Assembly: GCA_002633005.1 (NCBI GenBank)
Contig: NMRA01000533.1
Location: 113,844-177,843 of the forward strand
Direction of reading: 5' to 3'
Length of the DNA stretch: 64,000 bases
Source: Phoronis australis
Lineage: Eukaryota > Animalia > Phoronida
Shown here: in pieces, positions 27,685 through 40,200 of the stretch
Layout of the letters: each line of letters starts with the position of its first letter
Numbering within the stretch: the first letter of the stretch is position 1
The notes under the pieces: model-generated
Databases searched by the model: none
What the model was told of the DNA's origin: nothing
What the model saw: only the letters and a program-made list of their open reading frames with translations
Program-made: the position numbers and the translations under genes

Positions 27685-28764
27685 ATACAGGTAGGTAGCG
27701 CAACTGTAAAAAATAGAGTATATGTTTGTACGTCTGTTGCTCGCATTCCCGGAGACATCATGGAAATGGGATTGTAGTAACGACAGCTAAAGTGCGCTAC
27801 AAAATGGTGTTAGATTGTAAACAATGGTTGACTTTAGTACTTCGTTTAGCTGTTCACATCACGACAAGGCATTGTCGGACCATGCGTCCGACGTACGCTC
27901 CAACCGTTATATCACCGCATCGTCGAAAAAATTGTAGTATTACATCAGACTTTATTTATAATTTTATTGTCGATGTAATCGCTTTTGTTGAGTTTACTCC
28001 ACCTTAAATGCATTCTACGCTTATTCATTGACATTAAAAGCGTCTTTAAAACCCTTCTCTCTAAAAACATTTCGCTGTAGCACTTCTAAGTGGCGTATTT
28101 ATAGGGGGTCATATCACATTTGACAGTGCGGGTGTGCAAATCTCTCACGGCAATGTCATTGCTAATACTCCGTCTTGGCTCCCCTCGATAAAAACACGGA
28201 ATCCGCCAATGCATGTCACTGCTCAAAAGATTTATTTTAGTTTGAAAACTCCTAAGCATTTTGCCAAATTGGCAATCGTTGCCTACGTTTTAGACGTGTT
28301 ACCCAATTGCTGGGAAAGGCCGCCCTATGAACCAAAGCATCCCTCTCGTGACATTGTGAGCGTGTTTATAGTTGAATCCTACCTTTTTGACAGAGACGTA
28401 GGTGGTGAGCCAGAACGAGGGAAAAAACCCACCAAATTAGGGCTTAGTATCCCTCTTAAAAAAACCAAATAGTATAAAATTAAGTTGCTTTATTCACTGA
28501 CTACATCAACATGCAGGCGGTTGCAAACTCTGGAAGTTGGCGACATATCGGATACCGATATGCAATTGCATACTAATTGAAGTACTTTTCTTTTACATTA
28601 TTGCTTGTATACACCGATTCGTCAATAGTTCAAATTCGAGAAATCGATAAATATAGCAATTTAAAGAACTGTTATTTGTTGATGTCCATCTACAGTAAAT
28701 GTAAATGGGACAGAAGTTTCAGGCAAGTTACTTGTTTAGTAAGACTACAATTGTTTTACTTCAG

Positions 28765-28949
28765 GAATCACGATTTCCTGTTAATCCAAGATGGCAGTAC
28801 AGGATACACAACAAGGCGTGCGGTGTATAAGGAGGAAACGTCCAATAAAGTCGTTGTGTCCTTCGGAAGAAACTTATACCTCAAACTCTTTACTGGCGAT
28901 GTTAAAAACACTGGATTTGAGATTAGATACGAATTTACTAACGCCACAG
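28765..28949 (+). CDS. CUB module 1, C-terminal half exon (B1, phase 2-1)
   Basis: Acceptor ttttacttcAG, donor GTATGA at 28950. Reads NHDFLLIQDG...VVVSFGRNLYLKLFTGDVKNTGFEIRYEF. In frame with A1 and A2. Confidence 0.88.
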
Positions 28950-29114
28950 GTATGAAGAAAACTGAAAGTCGAAATTCCAAAGTTACGAGTAGATTTGTTG
29001 CTTTGCTAATAATGATGGATCTATAAAGTCGTATTTAAAGAATAAGTAACTGGACGAGACTGCCGCAAAAAGATCGAGGAGTGGATGCAATTTAATTTTA
29101 GATAACTATACAGG

Positions 29115-29181
29115 GATGATGATAATGATGATGATGACGACGACGACGATGATGGTTATGGTGGTGGTGGTTGTGGTGATG
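29115..29181. repeat. Compound (GAT)n(GAC)n(GGT)n microsatellite; paralogs at about 43485-43543 and 59843-59925
   Basis: Direct reading; occupies the equivalent position downstream of each CUB B exon. Confidence 0.85.
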
Positions 29182-29324
29182 GTTTAGTCTTGACTGAATG
29201 GTCAAACAAATTAAATACGTTTATAAATTTAAGTATACACTGACCACCGGTGTGGGTACTGACAACCATTCTCAGGGTTATGCTTTGTCCTCCTTTCTTA
29301 AGTCATGGATATGTGATGGTGAGA

Positions 29325-29690
29325 ATAACTCCAATCCATGTTATAAAAGTTTGTATTTTCTAGATATTCGTTCAGCTTCAAACTCGTCATCTTCCAGGTG
29401 TCCAATTTTGTCCTCCAACGTTGACATTTTGACGTCTGCTCTCAAACAGCGACGGTGTTGTGTTGTAGTGTGGTTTCAGCTTCACTCAGATCTCTTTAGA
29501 CAGCCTCGTCGATTTGTTTGGTCAAAATAGTCTCTACTTTCAACATAAGAGTTTTAAATTCTTGAAAGTCGGTTTTACTGGTTGCCTCGGATTGTGATAC
29601 GTCACTTCTCGTATCAATAGGTGCAAGTCCTTGTTTTCCAGCGATATTAGAAAGGTAGCTTGCGAACCACAGCTTGAAGAGTAAACCATA
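29325..29690 (-). mobile_element. Degenerate LINE ORF1-like fragment (coiled coil + start of RRM); paralog at about 60070-60420
   Basis: Minus strand reads MSTLEDKIGHLEDDEFEAERISRKYKLL*HGL; the paralog reads SRKYNLLIYGL. Both resemble the L1-type ORF1 motif LExxSRRxNLxIxG. Confidence 0.5.
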
Positions 29691-31199
29691 TGATTGATGA
29701 CTTAAAATGGAGGCCTCTTAATAAGGCTTGAGGTCACCTTAAAAACAGACCAGGCAAGTTGTACACGGACTCGTCAACTATTATTAAGGTCTTTTCACGA
29801 TAAAATGGAAAGAAATTAAAAATCGCTTTGGAATCATCTTTCAGATATAACTCAAACTTCGTGTCTGTGACTGTGGTATGTCTGTGATGCAAAATCACCA
29901 TATCTGCACTCATTTACCTCTAATTTTTACCTGCTGACCTTCAAGGTATCACAATAAAAATGACACCTTTTTCAGATCGAAAAAAGCAGTTTTACGGATT
30001 GTACTAAACACCATCGACAACACACAAATCGAACCTTTCGACTCAAAACCCCTCGACCTTTAACCTGCAATCCGGTCGACCCACGCCCCTGCGACCTCGT
30101 GTTTCGGGTCCTTCTGGTTATTGACCCGCCTTAGGATTCACTGGAAGTGTACAGCTCTACAATCCTGAAAAAACTAACAGCAGACAGCCACACGTGTCGT
30201 ACGCACCAAATACATGACGTACATGTACATAATCGAACCGGGGACAAGTCAACTTCCTGAGAGAAAATGCAGACGTACCTGCGAATCATCAACAGACAGG
30301 CTGATGCTTCTTTTGTCATATGACTGGAGAGGAATGCAACCGATGGACAGGAATTACGAATTATTTTTCAGTGTGGCGGATTAGAGCCCGACTACGGCCG
30401 GCTGGTGAAGTTGGCCCGCGAGCTGCCACACTCTGCAGATCCTTTGCGTAGATCTGTGCGTCCACTGTAACAATATCTCATAGAACAAAACTCAAAATTC
30501 ATATTGATAACATCAACCAATAGGTTGCGAAGCACTGAAATAAATGGGAGGCTATACCTTCCAACCCCATATGGTTCGCTGCCCATGCTCGATTATTTTT
30601 CAAAAGGCGTTAAACTTTTTTATGGACATTCCCATACTTGACGCTGAATAATTACAATCAAGACAAAACAACGGCGACAATCAAGCATGATTCATGATGA
30701 AATGCGCAGCGTTCAACTGAGAATAACAATGATTTTATATCAGACAAAACTTCAAGAATTGTTCGGAGCTTTTCCAGATAAGTATGATTACTTGCATGTG
30801 GTTTTCTTTTGCTTTTATTTGGACAGAAACGTGGGAGACCAATAAGCGTTGACTTCTGTTCAACCACGTGAGTCAGTTAAGTCTTCGTCGAAAGTTACTC
30901 AGCGACGTAACATGATGAACTGCATGTATGCATGTAGAAGCACAAAAATACATATTTTGTCACAGGTAGTGGGTCGATTAGCTTTGATCACAAGCATTTT
31001 TTGAATCAACGATTCGAGACTTAATGAGATGGATGTGCTGAAAATAATTTTTTCACTTAGAAGGCTCAATTCTAAAACACACAAAAGGCATCATTGCGCA
31101 AAGTACAAAACCGGAATTTCCCAAAATCAAATGTTGAGTTAAAAAGTTATCGCTATTTAGGAGGTAAAATTTTTGACTCACTTTTTGTCGGGTCCGCCA

Positions 31200-31955
31200 T
31201 GTTTAATTTCAGCGTCAAAATATTTTATCCCCTAGAATTAGTCAACAGGGTACTGAAAGCAAGACTCCAACGTAACCCTGATGATGTTCATCCTGTAGAC
31301 AAAACTAACTACAAGTACTTTAAAATACCCTATGTTGGGTTTTACGCCAAAATTGCTCAACGAAAACTCAACAAATTGGTGAATGATTACTGTGTGAACT
31401 TAAGAGTTGTATTAACATTCAAGTCTCTAAAACTGTCGAGTTTATTTAACCCTAAGGACAAAATTTCTATGGGTCTACGGTCCAAGGTTGTATACAAATT
31501 TATGTGTGCTGGATGTGGCTCCAGTTATATAGGCGAAACTGTTCGCCATTTGAAAACCAGGACCAAGGAACATCTAAATTCTGACAGTAATTCACATGTA
31601 AATATTCACCTGCAGAGCTCCAATCATTGTTATCAGCAGTGCTCTTTCAATGACTTTGCAATAATAGACCAGGCAGTAACAACAAAGGAGCTTAAAATTC
31701 GTGAGGCTTTACATATCAGTTGGTGCAAGCCCAATCTCAATAGGCAACTGACACACCACAGGTTGTCATTGTTGGTATAGTTCATTGTCACTCCCTGTAA
31801 CTGACTGTATCTGTGCTTCATTACTTGTTGCTGGGCCTAGCTAGGTGGCCACTGTACTATGACTTCTGAGGATGGTGTTTAATAAATGACACCGAAACAT
31901 GTCAAGTTTTAAATCCGTTGTTGTTTTCGTGAAAAAATACGATAACAGTGACATT
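31200..31955 (+). mobile_element. 5'-truncated Penelope-like element (GIY-YIG endonuclease end + pLTR)
   Basis: ORF 31094-31780: KIPYVG...KDK...SKVVYKFMCAGCGSSYIGETVRHLKTRTKEH...HL...LKIREALHI...KPNLNRQ is the Penelope GIY-YIG signature. A hammerhead follows the stop codon. Confidence 0.92.
31861..31908 (+). ncRNA. Minimal type I hammerhead ribozyme
   Basis: gactt CTGAGGA t ggtgt-ttaataaatg-acacc GAAA catg TC aagtt: stem I gactt/aagtt, core CUGANGA, stem II ggtgt/acacc, GAAA, palindromic ACAUGU stem III, GUC cleavage triplet ending at 31903. Confidence 0.88.
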
Positions 31956-34900
31956 TAGATACTCATATCCTTGCTGAACCAATCTGCATAATCCAAGAGT
32001 TTATATCAGAATTTAATCACACAGGTGTAACCTAATGAGTGGTTAAGTGTCACATATTACGATGGACGACATGGCTGTTTTTGCTGAACTGAAATGCATG
32101 TTCAGCGGTGATTTGTAGACACCCTGCTACAAAAAGCAGTTAAGTACAATTTCCCAGGATTTTCCTCGTTACTATTATGAAAATTACAATTATACCTAAG
32201 GGAAGTGCCCATTCAATTGTACTTGAAATTGCTTAGATATCGTTTTCTATAGAAAATCTTGCCGGTATGATTATGTGAAACCTACTCAATTTTTTAGCCT
32301 CAAACTCATAGTTTCATGTTCTTATCGCCATGTCTGACACGGTTTAGGTATGCGCGACATCTGTGGTTGAGATATACAAGAAAACAAGGAAATAGGTGCT
32401 CCACGTAATTAACTGAATCAACCTTTTGTTCTTATTCAGTGCGTAACATGATTCCTATGTTGTTTCCACTCTCGATCAGCTGAACTCTACAAACAAAACG
32501 TAATGAGCAGTTTTTTAAAACATCTGCGTGGTTGACGGTGCCACGCCCTAACCTACCTGATTATGACGGAAGTCACATGACTTCCGATTTGACCAACCAT
32601 TTGACGCAGCGCCACCCATACAGAAAAGTGACCCTGTGGAAACATGATATACGACACACAGAAATCCTTATTTGGGCATCAGTGCGCGTGCTTGGTCGGA
32701 AGTTTATCGACCACATAACCACTACTTGCACACCTTCCAATTCATTGTAGTTGTTGGCCTTTGATTTTTGTTTACTTTGATCACTGTCCGTTTCAATAAA
32801 CTGCATTTTACCAAGTCAAATGTGTTCGCCTTACTTACGTTACAGTACCTGAAAGGGGTTTCTCCGATCTCAACCAATGGAACGACTGAATGTTTTCACG
32901 TCGGTTTCAGTATTTTCACTAATGAGAAGCCATGAGAAACAACATTACACGTGGGAGTGTGAAAGAGTGTAGCTTTAACCTAACCTAGTTTTCCTTACGA
33001 TTTACGAAGGACTTCCGGTTACAACCATTATCTTGACCTTGGGTTTAGGTCCCTCTCCAACTGGGGCCAATTAAACCTATTGCGAAATCGTTTAGACGTA
33101 TTTTTCAGTTCTTTCGGGTAGACGGATGACTTCCCTTCCGGTTTCACCCTTGACATTTTGAATTTCACAAATGACCTTTGACCTTTGACCTAGGTGCCTC
33201 CCAAACGGGGCACTTTAGTAGCAGTTCACTATACCACTAACGCCAGGTTTTGCACAAATGTCTGACTTTGGTGCATAAGCACGACAAAGTTTATTTCAAA
33301 TCCTCATTCTGTGCATGTTCAATTATGCGTGGGCCTAGGAACTTTTAAAAGAAGATAATCAATCAAGTGTGTGATTCCAGCTGAAGTTAGTAATTTTAAT
33401 TGAAGTGACGTGCCATGGTATTGGTCAATTTCCGGCCAAATTTCGAGTACAGAGGACATGACCTTGGTCAGCTTTTGTTTGAGCGTATGTTTTAAGTCGA
33501 CAAACATCGGTCTTCTTTTCAATTGAAGTGCGAGTACATTTGCATTGGAAATGTGTGTACACAGTGAATAAGTGGCTTACCGAGTCAAATATCACCAAAC
33601 TAAAAGTGAAGGAATGGCTTGGACAACATAGTCTGATATACACAAACAAATGAAAGTTTACTGCTAAATTATCATAATTCGTACATATATTAGAAACATG
33701 TAAATATTTAACACATTTTAAACGATAACATCAACATGTAGGAAGCAATTCACAACTATCAAGCTGGAAAGGAACATACCGTAACTAAGAAGTACACATG
33801 TAATTGGACAGTCCTGCAGATGTCTCAATTCATAATTGTGTGTAAAACCGAAAATTTGCCAAAATTTTACATATTAGTTACATTTAGTTGATTTTCTCTC
33901 TCTCACACATTTATACTTGGGAAGGCAACAAAGAAGTTGCATGATCACGCTTTGCGTTGATATTGTTGAACAATGCCCCTGACGTCCTACAACAATCAAA
34001 CCAATCATTCGGTTAGCCTAAATTTGTAGTAATTATTTTTTCCATTTCTTAAATCTTTGAATACTTGATGTATTAAGACGAGTTGACTTTTGTTACGCAA
34101 TAAATATGTATTTGAAAATTATTGCATCCGTAAAAATATATAAAACCTCGTTCATTTTTTGTTGATCGGAAGCAACTACAACCCACGTTGGTTGTCTGCG
34201 TTTTCTTCTCCAGTGACATAGTGTGGGTAAACGATGTTGATTTTAAGAACGTGGTGCCAAAAATGCGCCATTGGATGCAAGAGCATTTCGGAAGACAAAG
34301 TGATAGTTGTTACCCTTTTCCTTTTTTGATTATAAATTATTAATCGTATGAGACAAATCATTCTTTTTAGTTCTCTGTTTATTGTCCAACTTTCATTGTG
34401 TCGAAGATGACTCCTAATTTTTGAAGTATTCTATTCTATTTTTACGAGCTCGAAACAATTGCTATTATTGTATGCTCGAGAACATCTTGGCTTACATTAA
34501 TAAGTGTCTGATAATTATTTGCACCGGATGACTCCAGTATTAATGATAAAAGTTCGAACATGAATTAGAAGTCTTGAGTTTTTCTTGAAATGTACAGTTT
34601 TTAAGAGATTGTATCTCGAATCCAGCATTCGTAACAGTCGATTTTAGACTAGAAACTCATATTCATGAAGTATAGTATACTCGAGCACAGAAAAAAATAC
34701 ATTAATTCCTTCATACTCCCTAAAGAGTGAATGATCTAGTCTACATGTACATTAACAGCGCAAAACGTCTACCAGTTCGTCCATATCGACAAAGGAATTC
34801 ATTGTTACCAACAAACGGGTAACCTACATGTAGTTATTGCATCGACAAATAGATGAGGATTTCCTAATGTTGACATTTTTGGACAAACATTTCATATTTT

Positions 34901-35499
34901 GACTGCTGAATGGCACTGGTTTGTTATTTCTCAACTCTTCACGTGTGATGACAAGGAACAGTATATGTTTTTGGGGTTTCCATGGTTACGCCACGATTTG
35001 GATAGAAATATTCCACTTATTTTTCATAAACTTTCCAAGGTGAGCCCAAAACTATTGGAGAAAGTTTAGTATTATCTTAGCTGCCATCCGGACCATCGTG
35101 CTTTCCGTCACAAATTATAAACAAGAACATAATTCTTGGTTACTTGGTTCACATATTATATTTTCTGGAAACATAGCCATTTTGTTATGATTGAATGTGG
35201 GTAGAGTTCTATAACGATAGGGCCTCGTTAAAATAAGATTTTGAGAGATTACGCGCGGCATTGCCGTGCATTTTCAATGAAAGCTCTAGATTTGGAATAA
35301 CTTTTCTCACCACGAGTAACCTATTGAAGTTTACACAGGTTATGATGTGGTATTTACTATCTTGTTTGGGTCGCTTGTGTTGGCAATGGTCTTGTGCCTT
35401 GGCTTTGCTGGAGATGCTTGTACAGCTGAAGCTATTGATGATCATAATGACGACAATGTGAATTATGTTGTTGGAGAAATTTTGAAATTCTTGAAGTCT

Positions 35500-36290
35500 A
35501 TTTTGCTGATGACACTGTGCTCAGTGATGAGTTTCGGCGGAGTTTTTCATTCGTGCAGCTGTTAGCAATCTCCCAAAACTGCCAGCAATTGCGGACAACT
35601 TCTTTTCAGGTAAAAACCTGTCTTACATGCTATACGAGCCAATCATATTCCCGATTGCAATCTCAAAACGGAAATGAAGTGAAATATTCAAGGAAGAAAC
35701 TCAGTTTTGAATAAAAAGTAGAAATCCACAATAGCATTTGCGTTGTGCACTGGTACAACAACAAGCCAGTCAATGTCATTTCATCTGTTGTAGACCCTAA
35801 TCCAAATGTTAGAAGTTGGGAATAGTGTTCCAAGTCCCATGTCAAATTCCAAAGCCATTTTGCGTCAGTCAATATAATAATTTTATAGGGGTGATGTCGA
35901 CCTGTTGAATGCTTTGTCAGCAAAATGCTTTAGAATGGCATCTGTCCATTTGGGTTCCCTTGTGGAATAATATTTTGTCGATACTTGGTTGTTTTATGAA
36001 AAGGGATTTCGTGCTCTTTTAAAGCTTGAAGTGAGCACATGAGGACTTTCCGTGCTCAAATCGCACGTGTTGGCTGGAGGGCTTTATTATCATGACTGAG
36101 ATTAATCACTATTTATTTGGACTGGTCTATTGACGATGGAATATTTGTTATTTTTTGTTGCCGCTTTGTCTTGATAGCCTGCAGGCACTTAATTGAATCG
36201 AACGGTGTTTTTGAGGAACCACGTCAATTATCAGATCACAGTGGGGTGTGAAATGTTTATTTCTGGCTGAATAACCTTAGTGTAGAGTTT
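35500..36290 (+). mobile_element. Decayed piggyBac transposase fragment
   Basis: IADNFFS (about 35590-35610), ICVVHWYNNKPVNVISS...NVRSW (about 35736-35820) and YNNFIG.VDLL (about 35873-35906) match the piggyBac DNxF, WxDNKxV and YNxxMGGVD motifs. Multiple frameshifts. Confidence 0.7.
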
Positions 36291-36672
36291 CCCCCGTTTG
36301 AGGCCACAAACACAGACACTATTGGGACACAATTTTATAAAACTGGCAAAAACTCCACGACTGCAATTTTTTTTATTTGGTAGATGAAAGTCAAGAGACT
36401 GTCACTGTAACCCTAATAACATTTATAGACAGACACTCAGTCAGTGCATATTGACAACAAATGCAACTGCGTTGCGTCCCAATGTAAGATCGAAGGTACA
36501 GTGTAAATAAGAATTATTTCTGAAAGGTCTCTGATGAATCTAGAACTGGCATAAGCTTATGTTTTGTTCACTACCACTGGCGTAATGGAAATTTGGATTC
36601 CGTTGTATATGAGAGCGATGTTTGACCGTTTAACCATACGCCATTACTTGAAAGTAACTTTTCGTTTTCCAG

Positions 36673-36859
36673 ATTACGGGAAGTCAGGATGCGGCAGTGT
36701 TGGAATCATCACCACTGCTCCGGGTACAATAACATCCCACCCGTTGTTCGACGGAAGAACTAAATACGGCTCGAACCTGGATTGTGAGTGGTCGATCAAC
36801 GCTCCAGATTTGAAGCGGGTGAAGATCGTCCTTGATCAGTTTCACCTACCGGCTTCTCG
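36673..36859 (+). CDS. CUB module 2, N-terminal half exon (A2, phase 1-2)
   Basis: Acceptor gttttccAG, donor GTAAAT at 36860. Reads SGCGSVGIITTAPGTITSHPLFDGRTKYGSNLDCEWSINAPDLKRVKIVLDQFHL. Paralog of A1 and A3. Confidence 0.9.
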
Positions 36860-37242
36860 GTAAATGCCTCTTATAAAATCTAGTACAGTCTTGGCATGGA
36901 TCCTTGGCCTTCATGATATCATAAACAAAGCTTTATAGGCTATTCAGCTCTGCAATTATTGTGTACAACTGATTTAGGTAAATTTGTTTATTCACCAATG
37001 GTGTTCTTTTTATGATCTCTGTAGCACATGAAGTTGACGATAGGTAGAGTAAAAATTCAGAACATATTTACACAGCTGTTTTGCGATACACAATTTTGTT
37101 AGATTGGCTGGATTGGTTGATTTAGCTTAGCTGTTCACATCATGACTAGGCGTTTTTGGACAATGTGTCCGAGATAGGTTCCAACTGTTATATCACCACA
37201 TCATAGAGAAAATTGCAGGATTACGTCGAGTTGTAATTACAT

Positions 37243-40200
37243 CACACATCACGAATTTTTGTCCAACCGGTCGGAAATTGGTCGACGACTGGCCGTCGAT
37301 CGGACGTCTAGCCGACCAGCAGCCGACCAACAACGCTCGGCTAGGAGTTGTCTGCTGAGTCGCCTCTGTGGGTGGCACTTGGGTCGGCTAAGTGGTCGCC
37401 TAGCTTAAACGACCAATTCGGATTAAGCGTGTCCTTGGTAGGCAATTACCATTTTATGACTTAGCGGGTGAACTTTGGCCAAACAAAAATCTAACTGTTC
37501 CGTGATCTTTCACCAGTGGTAACTCCGGTCTTGACATCAGCTTATCAACTTTTGCTCAACTATTGAAAGGAGGTAAAATCGATCCAACCTACAAATACGA
37601 AGTGCGTGACATTACATCAGCCTAAAACTTTATGTTGAATTGATGACGGCGTGGTAAAATCTAACGTTATCTGATCTCGCGGAAGCATAATTTCTAACTT
37701 TAGATATGAGACTGTTTATACAGTACATTGTGCACAAAAACAAGCACAAATTTGAAACTTTTCAGTAATATTGCATAAAATAAGAACACAACGCTGGATG
37801 TTTTACGACCTTAAGTGTTTTCATGCCGCGGAATGCTCATCAAGCAGCACGCATTTGCGGTCATCCGTCATTGTTCATGATTATCACTTCATCACGCTGT
37901 ATATTGCGCTTTACGAAAGATAATTATTGTTTATTTATGTATAATTTCTTAATATGTTGGTACAGCAATAGAACCCAAGGTTATTTTAGGAACAACATAA
38001 ACAATTGTTTGAACATAGCGCCGACATTAAGATCATGGACGCATCAAAACAGAAGAATGTGATCGGCTTATAGTGTCATCCATCATCCATCATCATTCTG
38101 AATTTGTTTTAACTTTCGCAGTAATTAATCGTTTCGAAGCTAGAGCCTTCCTATCTAGCCAGCTAGCTATATGAAGACTATTTTTAAAATATGGCAAGGT
38201 GACACTGTGTATTGAGCTCAAACAGACTTCGAAATATCACGCAACCCCGACAGTTACGCTCGTCACTTGGTCGCGACGCTTGTATCAACACGAGCTAAAG
38301 ACCGTCGGGTGTTCATGCAATATCTGGAAGTCAATTAACATTCAACTTGCCCGTTACGGTCGTTTAAGTGAAAAACCTCCGATGTCATCTTATTTATTAA
38401 TTCTTTGCCTTTTGTAATGAAAAACGTATGTCGTCGTTTTGAAAAGATTTCATTCGTGACACGTGCCACTTCCAAATTTTTCGACATCTCACCAAAATTT
38501 GTTCTAAAATTCGGTTTGCTGATATCAAAATTCCAAAAACATATATTGAAGTGAAACCACTCCTGATCATTTGTTGTGACGTTTACGCAACCTCGAGGGA
38601 GAACGTTTGATTGAAGTATCTGGGAAAAAGAAACTGTCTAATAGGTGACGCAATAGTTCATTGCGTCGAAAGTCGACACAAAAGACCACACCATAACTTT
38701 AGCAGCAGAATAAATGAAGAAAACAAATTTTGCATATTGTCGGTAAATAATTTAGATTACTCTAGGAAGATTTTAGTCGGTCAGTTTTTACCCACAGCGG
38801 CGCAGATGTTTATATTTAATTTAGTAGTAAACAGCTTCGCATCAAGGCTAGAGCCTTCCGAGCAATTTGGGGTAAGAACACAATACTTGGCGTTTCTCGT
38901 ATACTCCAAGCGGTAAAACTTCAAAAATAAAATTTTCGGGGTAACTTGGTACATGCAATTCTAAAGAAAATAGTCTGTGCTTTTATGTACAGCGTAAAAA
39001 TGATTAATCCAGTTATTCAAAAAGAACACTCTCACAAACGAAAACGCACACAATTTTCAGTTCTATTACACAGGTTAAAAACAACTTCTATTAGTTTATT
39101 GCTTCGATTCTAGTGATCACCAGGGCAACTCAAAACACTTAAGGTGGCGCAATTTCAAACCCCAAGCATGAATCAGTGTTATAAAAATGGACTTAGACCG
39201 ACGTTTATTCATCAGCAATGTAGACACAACAGTTACAGACACTGACTGCGTTTGTTAACGTCTTGTGGCAATGATAAAAATAATTGTTTATACTATGATT
39301 GATAACAAGTTTTACTCTGATGAAGTATGATACAATATGCATGCCTAATATGCAGATCGGCAGTTGCAAAAATATTTACAGGATTTAATGAATCCGTTTC
39401 TTATGAACCAAAACTGCAAAGGTATGATTACTAATTGTACATTCGAAGCACACCTCATTAGAATGAAAACATACACATTCTTGGTGATCCTGGGAGTACC
39501 TCTATTACAGGCATGAATGAAGATTCATAGTTGTTAAGCCATAGATGATGATTAGGCTTACATAATATCACACTGAGCCATGTACACCAGGCATATACAA
39601 AGAATACAATATTTCAAGAGAAGCCACAACTACTCATTTTTCATAGTATTACTAAATCACACCCACCTAGATTTATATAAGAAGTTACATAGTGCGATGT
39701 TACACAGCCTGCTCCCCCACATTTATGGAAGGCCTAAGTGGAAACATTTAACGACATATATTTTCTATGCAACATTAAAACCAAGCAAAACATGTTAACC
39801 ATCCAGGACATAAAATAAATATCTCAAAACCAGAACTTTTACATTAGCAAGAATTAAAACAATCAAATACATTGAGATTCTTTCCACACGAAAGACCAAA
39901 AACAAATCAAGACCATCGTTGACCACGTCAAGACTGAAAATTTATCACATCAACACCTATAATTTATCAAGTGAAAACCAAAAACTATTCACTTCGGGAT
40001 CAAAATAAAATACGACCGAACTGAAAATTTAACAAGTCAGGTTCAAAAACTTACCATATCAGTAAGTTATCACATCAGGACACCACTTCACCATCCCCAA
40101 GCATTGATCCTTCAAAGTGAAAAGGTCCGTACTACACTTATCAATAAGGGTAAAGTGTTCAACCTCTCGCCGACGACAGACATATTATCTTGGAAATGCG

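Noticed and set aside
28577-29026. Full 149-aa ORF (and the 36564, 44942 and 46735 ORFs) as single-exon genes
   Set aside because: Domain similarity is confined between AG and GT splice sites; the extensions are intronic.
31094-31200. N-terminal part of the 228-aa Penelope ORF as an intact gene
   Set aside because: Non-ATG start and no RT core; the 5' part looks like chance read-through into flanking DNA.
35347-35565. ORF with a signal-peptide-like start (MVFTILFGSLVLAMVLCLGFAG)
   Set aside because: Starts at GTG, has no convincing splice donor, runs into piggyBac debris, and the paralog at about 43610-43760 does not keep the frame.
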